Made by a program: the position numbers and the translations under genes. Positions 62,349 through 64,000 of a stretch of 64,000 nucleotides of DNA are shown here, in pieces. Under the pieces are notes generated by a model. It was not told where the DNA came from, ran no database searches, and worked only from the letters and a program-made list of their open reading frames with translations. The stretch is from Squalus acanthias. Lineage: Eukaryota. The stretch spans positions 37,760,001 through 37,824,000 of the forward strand of contig CM059432.1 of the NCBI GenBank assembly GCA_030390025.1. Reading direction: 5' to 3'. How positions within the stretch are numbered: position 1 is the first letter of the stretch; the number at the start of each line of letters is the position of its first letter.

Positions 62349-64000
62349 CTGTCAAATCTGCTTTTAATTCATTCATTTGCTTCTCCACCTCCAAAACATC
62401 TTGCGCTATATAAAACAATCCATCTGGAGTAGTCAGCTTTTTGGCTTCTGCAAAGTTATAATTCTTATATTCAACTAGAATCAGGGGCAGGAGGTAACAT
62501 AATACACACACACACACACACACACAGGTAGTAATTTCTACAATATGTCTGAGGAATTACTTATCATCTGACTGGGGTAGTGGTGTATAGGGAATCGAAC
62601 CATAATGGCATCAGGCCAAGGAGCCTTATCTCAAAAAACCATGATGCCAAGTCCTGTACTGCATATATAATCACATGTAAAGTGACCGCAGTATATTAAA
62701 AAAAAATTAAATTAAAAAATTTAGTGGATGCCTACACGTTACAAGATTGTGTTAGTAGGTATCTACTTTTTGATGGGAGGTCCTGTCAATTTGGAGCGAC
62801 TGGTGTAATGATCATATTGTGGAGACTTCATGGACAGTGGGAACAAACAGTTTGCACTGCTTTTAGTTTATTATTTAGAAGTAGCACGTTCATAAGCTGC
62901 AGTAATGCCTACAATGCACTCCACCCACGGATGACAGGATGAGCAAACTGATTTATCCAACCGCTACATGTGTAACTGCACCCTATATTGGCATATAATA
63001 AACAACAGTTACGCTTTGGTGCAAGTGATGTGCTTCTTTTTCTTCAAAATATAAATCTTAGTGACTATATTTGTGCTTTTTGTTGACAGGTCTGTTTTGT
63101 GAAAAGCCCCCTTTTATAATCCGCTCATGCGGTATAATGAATATAAAATATTTACATCATTATAATGAGTATTATTTACCGCCTTCCTTGTGTTGCTTAT
63201 CCAATGTTTTTTTTAATTTATAGTTTAGCTTGGCCTAGGCAAATTATCACTTGCACTCTCCTCCTTCCAGCATTGGCAGTCTAGTCGTCATTCTCAAATT
63301 GTTATCTTATCCATGGTACTTGAAGGCTAAGTCATGCAACTCCCCATAGCGAATGAGCATACTTGCTCCTTATGTTTTGAACTCTTCACGTGTCAAACAA
63401 CCTCTTACAGATCCTTTGATCAGAGGAGATGTCACAAAGATAAATGATAAGACCCTCAGGTTCCATTTCCTTTACATGAATAGGTCTCCCTCTCTTTCGT
63501 TAAATGGTTAGTCATAACAACAAATGTAACAAACTAAGTTTTAAAAAAGCTATCACAACAATGGCTCCGTAAACCAAATATAATACTGTAAATGTTGAAA
63601 AATGCAGGCACGGCACATGTACAAGAATCACAGGCCTGAATTTCGCCCCCTCCCCCGGCCGCCGCATTGGTGTGTTTACCATTGGATGGTCCTATCACTC
63701 ACCAATGGAAAACTGCCACTAACCCGTCACAATTTCCTCCCAGAACCTCATTAGCCATGTGGGGTGGTTTGGAGGCCAGAAAACTGCCTTCATTTGCCTA
63801 CTGCTACTAGGAAGCAGGAGAATACAGTTCTGGTAAGGTTGCATCCAGTTAAAGCACAACAACACTTTCAGCAAATTGTCAGAAGGAGCAGCAGGTGTGT
63901 CAGCAGCTGGAAGGGCCCACAGACCTTCCAACATCTCCATGGCAGTGCTGTGCGTTGTCTGATCCCACGGTGTTCAATTTTAACCTGCTCTTCCGAGCAG

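Noticed and set aside
63633..64000. Possible start of another Harbinger-type element (ggcctgaatttcgcccc)
   Set aside because: Only one terminus is visible before the window ends and there is no clear coding motif.

Overview
Vertebrate genomic DNA, inferred to be a cartilaginous fish (shark-like CR1, L2, Penelope, DeuSINE and Harbinger repeats). It holds the last three coding exons and 3' UTR of CABLES1 (+, 2948-22832) and, convergent to it, the last coding exon of TMEM241 (-, 48628-48700); I recall these genes as neighbours in human. The rest is mostly transposon-derived. Three structures stand out. (1) 33374-37954: a very young LTR element with TG..CA ends, a 4-bp TSD and an intact polypurine tract, whose internal region is replaced by an inverted third LTR copy, giving two overlapping ~1.4-1.5 kb near-perfect palindromes. 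(2) A family of ~190-225 bp hairpin-shaped Penelope-type insertions with 14-16 bp TSDs, built around a minimal type I hammerhead ribozyme motif; one related single copy has an intact motif. (3) A 3.3 kb candidate TIR element with a 9-bp direct repeat that carries expanded pyrimidine minisatellites inside a CABLES1 intron. All family names come from recalled motifs; no searches were run.
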